DNA of 64,000 nucleotides from Promethearchaeia archaeon (GCA_029856145.1 JAHQWK010000001.1:448001-512000); one strand, 5' to 3'. Positions 39,915-49,794 are shown, counted from the first letter of the stretch. Notes: a model not told the origin generated them from the letters alone. Made by a program: numbers and translations.

Positions 39915-40553
39915 ATGAATCAAAAACCATCATTATTAATTATAGGAAATTCAAATGTAGGGAAAACTTCAATAACTAGATTATTGATGCCAAATCCTAG
40001 AAAATTTAAAGGGAAAATTGGGAAAACTCCAGGTAGCACATTATTAATAAAATCTATTACCCAAGAGAATTTACCTTATAATATAGTAGATCTTCCGGGA
40101 TTTGGGTATGTAAGTCAATCAAGTCGGAGACGGGCAGAGCATATAAAAAAGCAAATGGTAATTCATATTGAAAAGCACCATACAGATTATTTTTTTGGTT
40201 TGGTTGTAATTAATATCTTGAGGATTGAAGATGAATTAGAAAAATATTTCATTCAGAATAAGAAAACCATTCCTCTAAGCTTTGAATTAGTTAACTTTCT
40301 TAAGGAATTTCAGATTCCTCTTTTAATAATAATCAATAAAATTGATAAAGTATCTAATCTGGATAAAATCAAAAATATCAAATTATTTGTTGAATCAGCA
40401 AAAGAATATGGAATAAGCATTGTTCATTTAAATAAGCGCGAACTTAATAACAAGGAAGAAATTCCTTATTTAGATTTTTCAGCTTTAAAAAAAACAAATC
40501 TAGAAAAATTAAAAAAAATAATTCAACAATTATTAAACCAAATTAAGAGATAG
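39915..40553 (+). CDS. engB: EngB/YihA ribosome-biogenesis GTPase
   Basis: GNSNVGKTS, KTPG.T, VDLPGFG, NKIDK, FSA. Confidence 0.85.
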   Translation: MNQKPSLLIIGNSNVGKTSITRLLMPNPRKFKGKIGKTPGSTLLIKSITQENLPYNIVDLPGFGYVSQSSRRRAEHIKKQMVIHIEKHHTDYFFGLVVINILRIEDELEKYFIQNKKTIPLSFELVNFLKEFQIPLLIIINKIDKVSNLDKIKNIKLFVESAKEYGISIVHLNKRELNNKEEIPYLDFSALKKTNLEKLKKIIQQLLNQIKR

Positions 40554-40554
40554 G

Positions 40555-41091
40555 TCAACCTCTTTTTCTTAGAATGAAATATTTAATGATTCCTAATAAA
40601 GGATTAAGACGAGGCACTTTTGCTTTATATTTTTTATAATCTTCACCAAATTTATCAATAAGATTTTTATCCTCTGCGTAAGTCCATTGATATGTTAGAA
40701 TGAGGATGATGATGCTAAGAATTAAGCTAAGCCATATTTGAGTCCAGAATGTAATACTTATAGTAAATAATATACCTCCTAAATATTGTGGATGACGGAT
40801 TATAGCATATGGACCTCTATCTACTACCTTTGTAGTATAAAGATAACTTTTTCCCTTTTCCACAGCTCCTCGTTTTTTAAAAGTCCAAAAAGAAATAAAC
40901 CCAAAATAAAGACTAAATCCCCAAATCACATATCCTATATATAATAAAATGATAATATCTAATTCATTAAAGAATAGGAACATTAAGATTATTTGAACTA
41001 TAAAAGATATCGTAAAAATTGTCGTAAAGATAATATCCTTTAAACTAAATCTTTTCTTATTTTTTTCAGCATCAGTATCATTTTTCAGCAT
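40555..41091 (-). CDS. Isoprenylcysteine carboxyl methyltransferase (ICMT/Ste14/PEMT) family membrane protein
   Basis: GPYAIIRHPQY, ED..L..KFGEDY..YK.KVPR. Confidence 0.88.
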   Translation of the reverse strand: MLKNDTDAEKNKKRFSLKDIIFTTIFTISFIVQIILMFLFFNELDIIILLYIGYVIWGFSLYFGFISFWTFKKRGAVEKGKSYLYTTKVVDRGPYAIIRHPQYLGGILFTISITFWTQIWLSLILSIIILILTYQWTYAEDKNLIDKFGEDYKKYKAKVPRLNPLLGIIKYFILRKRG

Positions 41092-41239
41092 TTCTGAAAC
41101 AATATCTAAAATCTTATATATCTTCAGCTATAATTATATAATTAAAATTAAATATTTAAATTTAACTATTCAAATTTGACCATTTTGAAAATAGAAAAAC
41201 TAAAAAATATATATGTATATAAAGAGTTGAGGAAAATAG

Positions 41240-41878
41240 ATGCCAAAGAAAAGATATACGCCACTTAAAACATTTATTTTAGGTGTAATGAGTACAATTC
41301 CTAAACCTATGAGCGGTTATGAGCTCATATCATTAGCAAAAGCATGGCGTTATGATCATTACATTAAAGCTACAAACGCATCTTTTTATTATACGTTAAG
41401 GCAACTTTTAGGTGATAAAATCATCAAAGTAGTAGGATCTAAGCAAGAAGGTAATCGTCCCGAGCAAATTATCTATAAGTTATTAAATAAGGGTAAAAAG
41501 GAATTTCAAGAACAGATTTCTTATATTCTTAATCAAGTTCAAGAAACATTTTTTGATATAGATGCTGCAACTCCTTTTATTTTACTTTTTGGTGTAACAA
41601 AGGGAAAACAGTTTATACTAGATTCTATAGAAAAGCAAATTATTGAAAGAAGAAATTTGTTCAAGCATGCTGATGAAGGTGAAAAATTAGTTAAATCTAA
41701 TATACTCTATGATTTAAGCCCGTTTTATATACTACCTCTGAGACATTGGAGATTTCATAATAAAGCGGAAATAAAATGGCTGGAATATTTTAAAGAAATG
41801 GTTGAAAGTATTGAAAATTTTGAAGAACAGTATAATAAAATTATAAAAAAAACAATTAGCGAAGGTTTATTGGATTAA
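41240..41878 (+). CDS. PadR-family transcriptional regulator
   Basis: ILG...PMSGYEL, S.YY.L..L, RPE..IY.L..KGK; helical C-terminus. Confidence 0.85.
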   Translation: MPKKRYTPLKTFILGVMSTIPKPMSGYELISLAKAWRYDHYIKATNASFYYTLRQLLGDKIIKVVGSKQEGNRPEQIIYKLLNKGKKEFQEQISYILNQVQETFFDIDAATPFILLFGVTKGKQFILDSIEKQIIERRNLFKHADEGEKLVKSNILYDLSPFYILPLRHWRFHNKAEIKWLEYFKEMVESIENFEEQYNKIIKKTISEGLLD

Positions 41879-41906
41879 AATGGAGATTATGTCATTCTTT
41901 TTATAA

Positions 41907-43199
41907 TTAAGGGTTAGTTATTTTTGGATCTTTATCTTTATCCCAATTTATAGCAAATAAGAAATCCCTACTTGCTTTGTTTTTATAGATTAGCGGAAAT
42001 CCACTCACTTTCTCAAATTTTAGCGCTAAATCCTCTAAATAATCATATTCGGGAAAAAAAGCTTGGACTTGCTTTTCCGTTTTCAATCTTTCTTTTATTA
42101 ATAATGCTTTTGCTTGTAAGGTGAATCCCTTCATCTCAAAAAAGTTGGGACTTGCTTTCTCAATTATTTTAGCATATTCATTAATCATATTTTCATTTAA
42201 ATTAAGATCTTTAATTGCTGTTAGCCTGACAACTGACCTGCAAGATAATGATTTAACTAAATCTAAGCTATTCATTATATTATTCCAACCATTTTTAATC
42301 ATAGGGCGACATGTTTTTTTATAGACTTTTTCATTAGAAGCAGGTAATGTAATATATAACTGAGTAGGTAAGGGATCTAATTTTTCAATTATTTCAGGCA
42401 ATGTCCCATTAGTCACTATGAATGTAGTCATATTTCGATTCTTAAATTCTTGAACGAATTCAGAGATTCTTGGATACAAAAGAGGCTCTCCATCTAAAGA
42501 AATGGCAGCATGATTTGGTATCATGGCTTCACTATGAGCTTGCATTATCTCATCAGGTGAAGTCAATTCTCTATTAATCAAAACTTCTAACTCCTCTCTA
42601 GAGCCAATACAACCATTTACATCATTATCTAATCTAAAACTATCATATGAAGAGTTTGTTGGCTTAATAAATTCTTGGTTCTTTAGAAGAGTAACTGCCC
42701 GCTCAATTTTATTTTTTGAAACGTGAATATTATTACTGAGTGAATTTATATTATGGGTTTGGTTGCAGTTTAAAAGAATAAAATAGAGGATATCAATCAT
42801 TATTTCATAATTATCAAGGTATCTCCTTAGTGGTAAATGGTTTTTAACGATATCTTTATGGTGTCTTAACATTTCATCAACAAGAAATTTAGGATCATCT
42901 GGTTCAACAATAAATTCACTTCCAAGTGATCCAGACTCAATATCTCTCCAACAAAAGACACATTGATGATTACAAAAAGGTAATGAAGGAGTGTTTTGTA
43001 AGCATCTATGACTTTGTATTCCAAAAACACCTTTATAACAATTACGATTATCTCTTCCCGTTGCTAACCTTTGCTCAAACCAATGACATGGTTTGATAGA
43101 TGAATGTTTATTATCTCCAATTATCCTATATGTTGTTTTTGTATAAGATTCAACAAATTCATTTGTGATCTTATTGTCAATGATAAACCTATTATTCAT
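41907..43199 (-). CDS. taw1: tRNA 4-demethylwyosine synthase Taw1/TYW1 (radical SAM) with internal insertion
   Basis: HS.IK.CHW, CYK..FGI.SHRCLQ, CNHQCVFCWR, HAAISL.GEP, FIVTNG, QLYITL. Confidence 0.92.
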   Translation of the reverse strand: MNNRFIIDNKITNEFVESYTKTTYRIIGDNKHSSIKPCHWFEQRLATGRDNRNCYKGVFGIQSHRCLQNTPSLPFCNHQCVFCWRDIESGSLGSEFIVEPDDPKFLVDEMLRHHKDIVKNHLPLRRYLDNYEIMIDILYFILLNCNQTHNINSLSNNIHVSKNKIERAVTLLKNQEFIKPTNSSYDSFRLDNDVNGCIGSREELEVLINRELTSPDEIMQAHSEAMIPNHAAISLDGEPLLYPRISEFVQEFKNRNMTTFIVTNGTLPEIIEKLDPLPTQLYITLPASNEKVYKKTCRPMIKNGWNNIMNSLDLVKSLSCRSVVRLTAIKDLNLNENMINEYAKIIEKASPNFFEMKGFTLQAKALLIKERLKTEKQVQAFFPEYDYLEDLALKFEKVSGFPLIYKNKASRDFLFAINWDKDKDPKITNP

Positions 43200-43370
43200 T
43201 AAAGGACCACTCTGAACTCAAAATTATCACTATCTTATATAAATAAATGTATTTTATTAAGATATTAAATTATATTCTTTAAAATTATAAGTACATAAAT
43301 AATTAGTATAATACTTATAGATTATAATCAAAATTTCATGTTTGGTTTCCTAAGATAAATAATAATCTGG

Positions 43371-44255
43371 TTGAAAATGTTAAATAGAATCAAAAGCGAG
43401 TTGCTAAATGTAGGTTTAAAATTTATAAGTGTAGATGAGAAAATCGTCCGTATGATACTTGAAACAAGTCCTTCAAATGTAAATGAAATTGTTATCCTCC
43501 CAGCTATTAAAATAGTTATGAAGAAATTATTACAAAAATTACAAAATAAACGGAACTATGGAAGAGTATATAATGGGGAGTTGAATAATGTTAAAGTTAG
43601 TATTGTTCGTTCTTTAATCGGAGCACCTAATTGTGCAATGGTTGTAGAAGCTTTAAAACGATGTAAAACGAAAGTTATTATTAGAATTGATGTATGTGGA
43701 GGAATAGAAAATGTAATTACACCAATTAACATTGGAGATATTTTAATCCCAAAATTAGCTTTTTGTGATGATGGGACTTGTCCTCAATATTTTAGAGAGA
43801 ATCCCGCTTTAGTAAATGAACTAGAATCAATTTCTAATCCAATGGGAAAATTTCAAAAAATGTTTACGGGGAATCAAACTGTATTTATATCCAAACCAAA
43901 TGACACATTAAAAGAAATATTGTTTAATAAAGGCGTATTATTTTTAAGGGAAAAGGTAAAATTAGCTGATTTATGGACAACCGATGCTCTATTTTGTGAA
44001 AGTTTTGATTTTGTCCGAGCATTGAGTTCAATAAACATACAATGTGTCGATATGGAGTCTTCTATATTATTCTTATTAGGAAAGATTTACAATCTAAAAA
44101 CTTGTTCTATTCTTTCAGTTTCAGATTTACCAGGGCATTCGAAATATGATTTACTTAATTCAAATGAAATACACCACGATATGGAGAATGGAATTGATAA
44201 CACAATTAAAATCCTTATCAATTCATTACCCCAAATAAAGTATGAATTAATCTAA
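43371..44255 (+). CDS. Divergent nucleoside phosphorylase (PNP/UDP family)
   Basis: IGAP, IIRI..CG, IGDILI, DGT, WTTDA.F.E, VDMES, VSD. Confidence 0.75.
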   Translation: MKMLNRIKSELLNVGLKFISVDEKIVRMILETSPSNVNEIVILPAIKIVMKKLLQKLQNKRNYGRVYNGELNNVKVSIVRSLIGAPNCAMVVEALKRCKTKVIIRIDVCGGIENVITPINIGDILIPKLAFCDDGTCPQYFRENPALVNELESISNPMGKFQKMFTGNQTVFISKPNDTLKEILFNKGVLFLREKVKLADLWTTDALFCESFDFVRALSSINIQCVDMESSILFLLGKIYNLKTCSILSVSDLPGHSKYDLLNSNEIHHDMENGIDNTIKILINSLPQIKYELI

Positions 44256-44269
44256 GTTCAGTTCAGAGA

Positions 44270-45166
44270 CTAAAGTCCTTTTAAAAGTTGAGAAAAATCA
44301 GGTTCCGAAAAAAAATCATTATAAACCTTTAGCAACTCAATATTTATAAGGAAAACTTTTTTACCCGATTTATTTTTTGTAGTTCTCATAAGATTAAGTT
44401 GTTTTAATTTTTTAATGTGATACAATATGGTTCCTGAATAAATGTCAAGATTTTCTCCGATTTTTGATACAGCTACTTCTTCATCCTTAAATATTTCTTC
44501 TAATATTTTTGGGATTAATGGATTTAAAAAAATAGCTTTAAATTCTTGATAATCTTCAGGTACCTCACTTAAAAAGTAATGAAGAGTTTTACCAATTTTT
44601 TTGGATCTAATTAGATTAAATCTTTCAAGTGTCATTACATGTTTTAGAAAAGGAGTTCTTGTTATTTCTAATACTTCTTCGATTTTCTCATCGCGAGCGT
44701 GAATTCCCGGATTGTTTTTAATGAAATCTAGTATTTTCACAAGTTTTTTATTACTAAGTATCTCTAATTTGGTACGTCTTTCATTTGTTACAATCCAATT
44801 CTTCTCTTCTAAACTTCGAATTGCTAGAAAAATTTCTTCTTTACTATATCCTTTATTATAAGATAATTTAGCAATACACTTGGCATATAATTTTTCGATT
44901 ATTGGATATTTTTGAATTTGAGCTTCCGAAACAATTTCAAATTCTGTATCGTATCTCTTTAATTTTAATATATCTTTAGCAATTTTTAAAACATCTTTTT
45001 CTATTTCACTTAGCTCTTCAACAATTTCTTCTTTTATTACTTCTTTGCCTAGTTTTTTTTTTTTCTTTTCCCCTAAAGGTTTAAAATCAAGACGCCTAAA
45101 TGAACTCTCCTGTAGATTTTCATTTTCTTTATTTCCTCTGGGTTCTCTTCTTCTTTCGAGCGACAT
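44270..45166 (-). CDS. Multi-winged-helix transcriptional regulator
   Basis: AI.SLEEK.WIV; ILDFIKNNPGIH...H...LERFNLIRS..IGK..HYF; I.E.L.IYSGTILYHIKKL. Confidence 0.8.
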   Translation of the reverse strand: MSLERRREPRGNKENENLQESSFRRLDFKPLGEKKKKKLGKEVIKEEIVEELSEIEKDVLKIAKDILKLKRYDTEFEIVSEAQIQKYPIIEKLYAKCIAKLSYNKGYSKEEIFLAIRSLEEKNWIVTNERRTKLEILSNKKLVKILDFIKNNPGIHARDEKIEEVLEITRTPFLKHVMTLERFNLIRSKKIGKTLHYFLSEVPEDYQEFKAIFLNPLIPKILEEIFKDEEVAVSKIGENLDIYSGTILYHIKKLKQLNLMRTTKNKSGKKVFLINIELLKVYNDFFSEPDFSQLLKGL

Positions 45167-45168
45167 CT

Positions 45169-46713
45169 TTAAGCGTTTTCCTCTAAGAATTGAACAAATT
45201 GTATTTGTTCCTCAACATCCATATATTTTAATTCTTCAACAATTTTATCATAATGTTTAGGTTTAACATTAGGAAGTTTACGAATTCTATTAATCAGCCT
45301 TTTAGGTATTTCTTTATATAGACTAACCATTGCTTCGATATATTTTACTTGCTCTTCTTTTGTTAAGAATGCAAGTTCTTCCAATAATTCTTTCTTTTCC
45401 TTTTTAGAAATTTTTAGACCTATTATTTGCTTCCTTAAATCTTTTGACAATACAGCAAATATCTTTGATAAATATTCTTTAACTAATTTTTTATCTTTTT
45501 CATCTTTTACAGGTAAGAGAGAGTCATGTAATTTTAATCTAAATTCTTCTTCCCTTTTTGCTTTTTCCTCATTATCTATTTTTAAAGGTATCTCTTCAAG
45601 TTCTTTTATTGGTACTTCTTTAATTTTTTTTTGTTCAATTTTAATTTCTTCTTTTACAGGAGCTACTTTTTGTGGGCGGTCTAATTTTTCAGATGGCGTA
45701 AGTGGCGTAGGGGGGATAGGCGAAGTAGGAGCATATATTACTGGTTTTTCAATTTCAGATACTTGTTGGGCTTTTTCTGATGGTTTACCGAAAGATAAGA
45801 AAATTACTAAGATTCCTTTTAGTAGTATAAAGATACCTGCAGCATAAAACATAGTTCCTAAAATCCCTAGGATAATAAACTTAACTGCATCTTTTGATAC
45901 AAATTTTTGTTTTTCCTTGATTCTTTTTTTCATTCCACTATCTATGAGCAAAATTATTAATGCAGTGATTAGAAGAACAACCCAAATTAGTATTCCTAAA
46001 GGGATTTGGATACCAAAAGGTAAATTTATTAGCGTATTACCCCCGTCTGGGAGATAAATCCCATCTGAAAATGCTCTGTAAATACCATATAATATTAATA
46101 TAAATCCTGCTTTATTAGAGAAATAATTCAATGAATTCTTTGCGAGCAAACCGTAATCATAGATTTTAAAATCCTTATTTTTGGAGTTTGTAAACACATA
46201 TATTATGATAAAAACCCCTTTAATAAGAATAATTACACCTAAACCATACATAATACAACCTAATATTCCCCAACAGAAAGAATCTAGAAAAATTTCATTA
46301 TATTTTTTCTCCTTTACTTTTTGAGTAATATAAGTTCTATCATATATTAGCAGAAATAAACAAATTATAATATTTGCAATATTATCTAAAAGGTTAGCAA
46401 GACTATAGTATGGGAATAGATTAAAAAAAATTGATATTACTAAATAAAAGAAAAAAATAAACAATGGTAAAGAAGATATTTTATTTAGAAATTGAATAAA
46501 CTTGTCTAAACTAGATGATTTTATTTCAGGGAAGGTATGATATGGTTTTTTTGCCCTAATATATGGAGTTGGAGCGGGCTTGAATGTAACCCCTTCCAAA
46601 ATAAAAGGAGAACCACATCTTTCACAATAAACTTGAATATTACTTTCTATTAAGTGAGAGAGTTCCTGGGGGAATACATATTCGCACTCCCGGCAGACAA
46701 AAATTTTACTCAT
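45169..46713 (-). CDS. Zn-ribbon multi-pass membrane protein with duplicated TM module and C-terminal helical repeats
   Basis: CREC...CERC; about 7 TM segments; Pro-rich linker; two EEL..L..EEQ repeats. Confidence 0.7.
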   Translation of the reverse strand: MSKIFVCRECEYVFPQELSHLIESNIQVYCERCGSPFILEGVTFKPAPTPYIRAKKPYHTFPEIKSSSLDKFIQFLNKISSLPLFIFFFYLVISIFFNLFPYYSLANLLDNIANIIICLFLLIYDRTYITQKVKEKKYNEIFLDSFCWGILGCIMYGLGVIILIKGVFIIIYVFTNSKNKDFKIYDYGLLAKNSLNYFSNKAGFILILYGIYRAFSDGIYLPDGGNTLINLPFGIQIPLGILIWVVLLITALIILLIDSGMKKRIKEKQKFVSKDAVKFIILGILGTMFYAAGIFILLKGILVIFLSFGKPSEKAQQVSEIEKPVIYAPTSPIPPTPLTPSEKLDRPQKVAPVKEEIKIEQKKIKEVPIKELEEIPLKIDNEEKAKREEEFRLKLHDSLLPVKDEKDKKLVKEYLSKIFAVLSKDLRKQIIGLKISKKEKKELLEELAFLTKEEQVKYIEAMVSLYKEIPKRLINRIRKLPNVKPKHYDKIVEELKYMDVEEQIQFVQFLEENA

Positions 46714-46789
46714 TCTTTTTAATTACACCTTTATTATGATCATTTGCTTTTACTTTAATTTTTTTCGAATAAAATGGAATAAAAATTAA

Positions 46790-47275
46790 TTAATGAGAGA
46801 CAGTAAGCGGTTGAATAGCTTGATCTATTCTTAACCTTGTACCACAATTAACACAAAATACAATTTCAGTTGATTCTAAGTGATATTTCATTTTATTGGT
46901 AAATTTTTTTCCACATTCACTGCAATATTCTAAGAAAATTCGAGGTTCCTTAGTAGAATTATTCTGAATATTGTATTGATTATTATTTTGTGTCTGAGAT
47001 TTTGATTTCCCCGAAACCAGAAGGTAAAAACCCTCAAATAATTTATAGATCCCATAACCAATGTATTTAAGAAGGTAAAAAATCCCTTTGATAATATAAT
47101 AAATCAAGTATGCGATTCCTTTAATGATATAATAAAGCAACGTTACAGTTAAAGCTAATAGTGCGACTAAACCAATAATAGCTAATACTTGGCCATAAAG
47201 AGGTTGTGCTAAATACCATTCGACAAAAGTGTTATACCAAACACCGATATTTTCAAGAAAGTTTTCCCAATCCAT
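46790..47275 (-). CDS. Small membrane protein with 11-mer helical repeats and C-terminal Zn ribbon
   Basis: TM helix, YYIIKGIxYLx repeats, CSECG...CVNCG. Confidence 0.7.
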   Translation of the reverse strand: MDWENFLENIGVWYNTFVEWYLAQPLYGQVLAIIGLVALLALTVTLLYYIIKGIAYLIYYIIKGIFYLLKYIGYGIYKLFEGFYLLVSGKSKSQTQNNNQYNIQNNSTKEPRIFLEYCSECGKKFTNKMKYHLESTEIVFCVNCGTRLRIDQAIQPLTVSH

Positions 47276-47388
47276 AATTATTCATCCAATTTTTTAGTAC
47301 TTTTTATTAATAAAAAAGTGTTAAGAATTGATTTTAAAATTCTTGGAGTCCAATTTTTGAAATGTAAAAGAATGAGTTTAGACAACAT

Positions 47389-47895
47389 TTAATTTTTTTT
47401 TATTAAATTTTCCCAATCCAAAGTTACAACTGTTTTATGAAGGGAATGATCATCATCAACTATATTGTATTTTAGATTTGTAAAAAGTTTTTCAGCACGA
47501 ACTCGAGACTGGTTTATTGAAACTATTTTATCATGTTTACCATGGTAAACTACAACGGGAATTTTGACTGTAGAATAAATCTTAGGATTTAACTTGGGAA
47601 AAGACAAATATGGAGCGAGTAAAATCAATTTTGATACCTTATCAGGATTTTCTAAAGTGAAGATACTCGCTATCAAACCACCAAAACTACTACCTATAAT
47701 AATCCAAGGGCTTTTTTCTTTTAATATTGAATATAATTGTTTCATACGGATCTCTAATAAAACTTTAGTTGATATGTTTGGATTGTACTTTTCAAAATCT
47801 GGAGTTAAGCATTCAGGGAGCCGTTTTCGAAGAAGTTGCCCTTTAAAACCTTTCCCTGAACTTTCAAGGCCGTGAATAAAAATGATACTTTGCAT
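47389..47895 (-). CDS. Alpha/beta hydrolase (YqiA/YcfP-like esterase)
   Basis: HGLES, GSSFGG nucleophile elbow, HG..D, DDDH. Confidence 0.88.
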   Translation of the reverse strand: MQSIIFIHGLESSGKGFKGQLLRKRLPECLTPDFEKYNPNISTKVLLEIRMKQLYSILKEKSPWIIIGSSFGGLIASIFTLENPDKVSKLILLAPYLSFPKLNPKIYSTVKIPVVVYHGKHDKIVSINQSRVRAEKLFTNLKYNIVDDDHSLHKTVVTLDWENLIKKN

Positions 47896-47910
47896 AATTT
47901 TATAAGAATG

Positions 47911-48969
47911 TTAAGGCTCTCTCTCGACAGAAAACTTATCCATTTCTTCTTTCAATAATCTCATTTCCTTCTTGTGACCAAAATAGACAAGTAATCCGAA
48001 AATAGTGAAGTAAATTGTTAAAATTATCATTGTATAAAAATAATACTTATAGGTATAACTCATAAAATGTAAAGCTAAACCAATAATGAATCCAGTGAAT
48101 AATCTAGATTCAGTAGAGCTTTTTCTTAATAAAAGTCTTTGCGTTCCCCAATCAGTTAATCCCGGTATTGGAAGGATTATGCAAAGAAGTAAGGCAATTT
48201 CCGGACTAAAATCAATTTGATAGATTTTAGATATTAAGTACGTAGTAAAAAGAGCTATTAATCCCCCAAGTATTACTCCTGAACATCTTGAGCAAAAATA
48301 GATTTTGGTTCTTCCAAATTTAAGATAAAATGTATGATCGCTCGCAGAGAGAGGATGATGAGTTAAGAACATATAATATAATTGTTTTTCTTCTTTTGCA
48401 AGCACTTTATCATATAGAAATAATAGTATTGGAACAATAAATAAAACTGAGATAAGTACTGCGAGTAAGAATTTGATGCCATAATTAATAAAAATAATAT
48501 CAAGTGTAAATTGGCCAGGATAAAAGACAATTTGAAAAGAAATTATGAGACTAAAAATAATGAAAGAAGTAATAATTAATGCTATGAAGGTATAAAGCAC
48601 ATTAATTCGTTTATGATATTTTAAAGGCTGGTATTTATAGATACCAACCAAGAATCCATAAATTGCTATAATAAAACACCATTCAATATAAATCGTTCCA
48701 TAAAATGCTAACTGAAAGATAAATTCCCCCAAAAAACCAGTGATTAAACCATTTATAGGGCCTGCGAGAACAGATAGAAATGTAAAAAGCAAAAGTGTTA
48801 TTCCAAACTGAATTGAAAGCTCTTGATTATTTATAAAAATGGTAGAGATTGAGCCAAAAGGTTCAGAAATATATACATATGATATTGTAATGAACGCAAT
48901 AATGAATATATTTAAAAATATACGTCTTAAAATATCATATTGCTCTTCATTATGAGCAGATTCAGTCAC
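47911..48969 (-). CDS. ECF S-component-like domain fused to DUF2085-like membrane domain
   Basis: LAGPINGLITGFLG (S component); HH...HT...FCSRCSG, P...DW.TQ, R..TG (DUF2085). Confidence 0.65.
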   Translation of the reverse strand: MTESAHNEEQYDILRRIFLNIFIIAFITISYVYISEPFGSISTIFINNQELSIQFGITLLLFTFLSVLAGPINGLITGFLGEFIFQLAFYGTIYIEWCFIIAIYGFLVGIYKYQPLKYHKRINVLYTFIALIITSFIIFSLIISFQIVFYPGQFTLDIIFINYGIKFLLAVLISVLFIVPILLFLYDKVLAKEEKQLYYMFLTHHPLSASDHTFYLKFGRTKIYFCSRCSGVILGGLIALFTTYLISKIYQIDFSPEIALLLCIILPIPGLTDWGTQRLLLRKSSTESRLFTGFIIGLALHFMSYTYKYYFYTMIILTIYFTIFGLLVYFGHKKEMRLLKEEMDKFSVEREP

Positions 48970-49024
48970 GATATCTTCTCAATTCTTTTTTATTTATGCT
49001 ATTTATAATTAGTTTGATGTAATA

Positions 49025-49684
49025 TTAATTAAAAATCGTATCAAGTTCTTCGATTAAGTTCTCTTTCGTCATTTCAAAACCCATACGTAGTACTTTTAAA
49101 ATTATGTTTTTTCCGAAAGGAACTTTTAAAATTGAATCATCTTGTTCTACAATAGAAATTCCTTCGTCATTATAATCAAGTTGACGCTTTAATGCTTGAT
49201 ATGCTTTTTCTTTTATTTTAAATGTCGCTCTGGATAATTCATTGTAATTCTTAACATCATCTTTAACATTAAAAAAAAGGATAGCTTCTTCTAATTGTGT
49301 AATGAAGCACTTTTTAGTAACTTCTTTTAACTTTTTATAGTTACGGTGAGTGTCTTTACACTGGATGAATGTCTGGTCGTTTTTTAGATAAATAGGAAAG
49401 TTATTATTAACAACTCTTTCAAATTTTTCTTTTGAAATATCTCCATTTTGTATTAATTGTTTAGCGGAATCAAGTGTAACTCGAATTTGCTCTAGTGTAC
49501 CTACTTTTGCTTCTTTATCACTCCAGTATTTATAAAATGATTTGATTATAGGTTTAACAACAAAATTTAGAGTACCCACATCTAATTCAGAATCTATAAG
49601 GTCTCGTCCGTAGTTAAGACTGGTCTCCATTTGGTCAACCATTCTTTTCTCTAAGATCTGGTAATTTCGGTCTAAGTAGTCCAT
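49025..49684 (-). CDS. Uncharacterised helical protein, paralog A
   Basis: Aligns end to end with 49795-50457; CGGAG upstream of ATG. Confidence 0.8.
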   Translation of the reverse strand: MDYLDRNYQILEKRMVDQMETSLNYGRDLIDSELDVGTLNFVVKPIIKSFYKYWSDKEAKVGTLEQIRVTLDSAKQLIQNGDISKEKFERVVNNNFPIYLKNDQTFIQCKDTHRNYKKLKEVTKKCFITQLEEAILFFNVKDDVKNYNELSRATFKIKEKAYQALKRQLDYNDEGISIVEQDDSILKVPFGKNIILKVLRMGFEMTKENLIEELDTIFN

Positions 49685-49794
49685 TATTCAACTCCGATCT
49701 ATTTAATACTAGTAATTTTTGCAAGTTTGATTATTTATTTAAAGTTATTATCCGAATTTATTTGTTAAAATCTATAATGAAATTAATATTTTGA

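Noticed and set aside
36704-41091. ICMT-family gene as a modifier of the nearby small GTPases
   Set aside because: Neither GTPase ends in a CaaX/CC motif; prokaryotic ICMT homologs are widespread and this one pairs with a PadR gene.
42555-42839. Intein in taw1
   Set aside because: No C/S start with HN-C/S/T end and no LAGLIDADG motif; a wHTH insert fits better.
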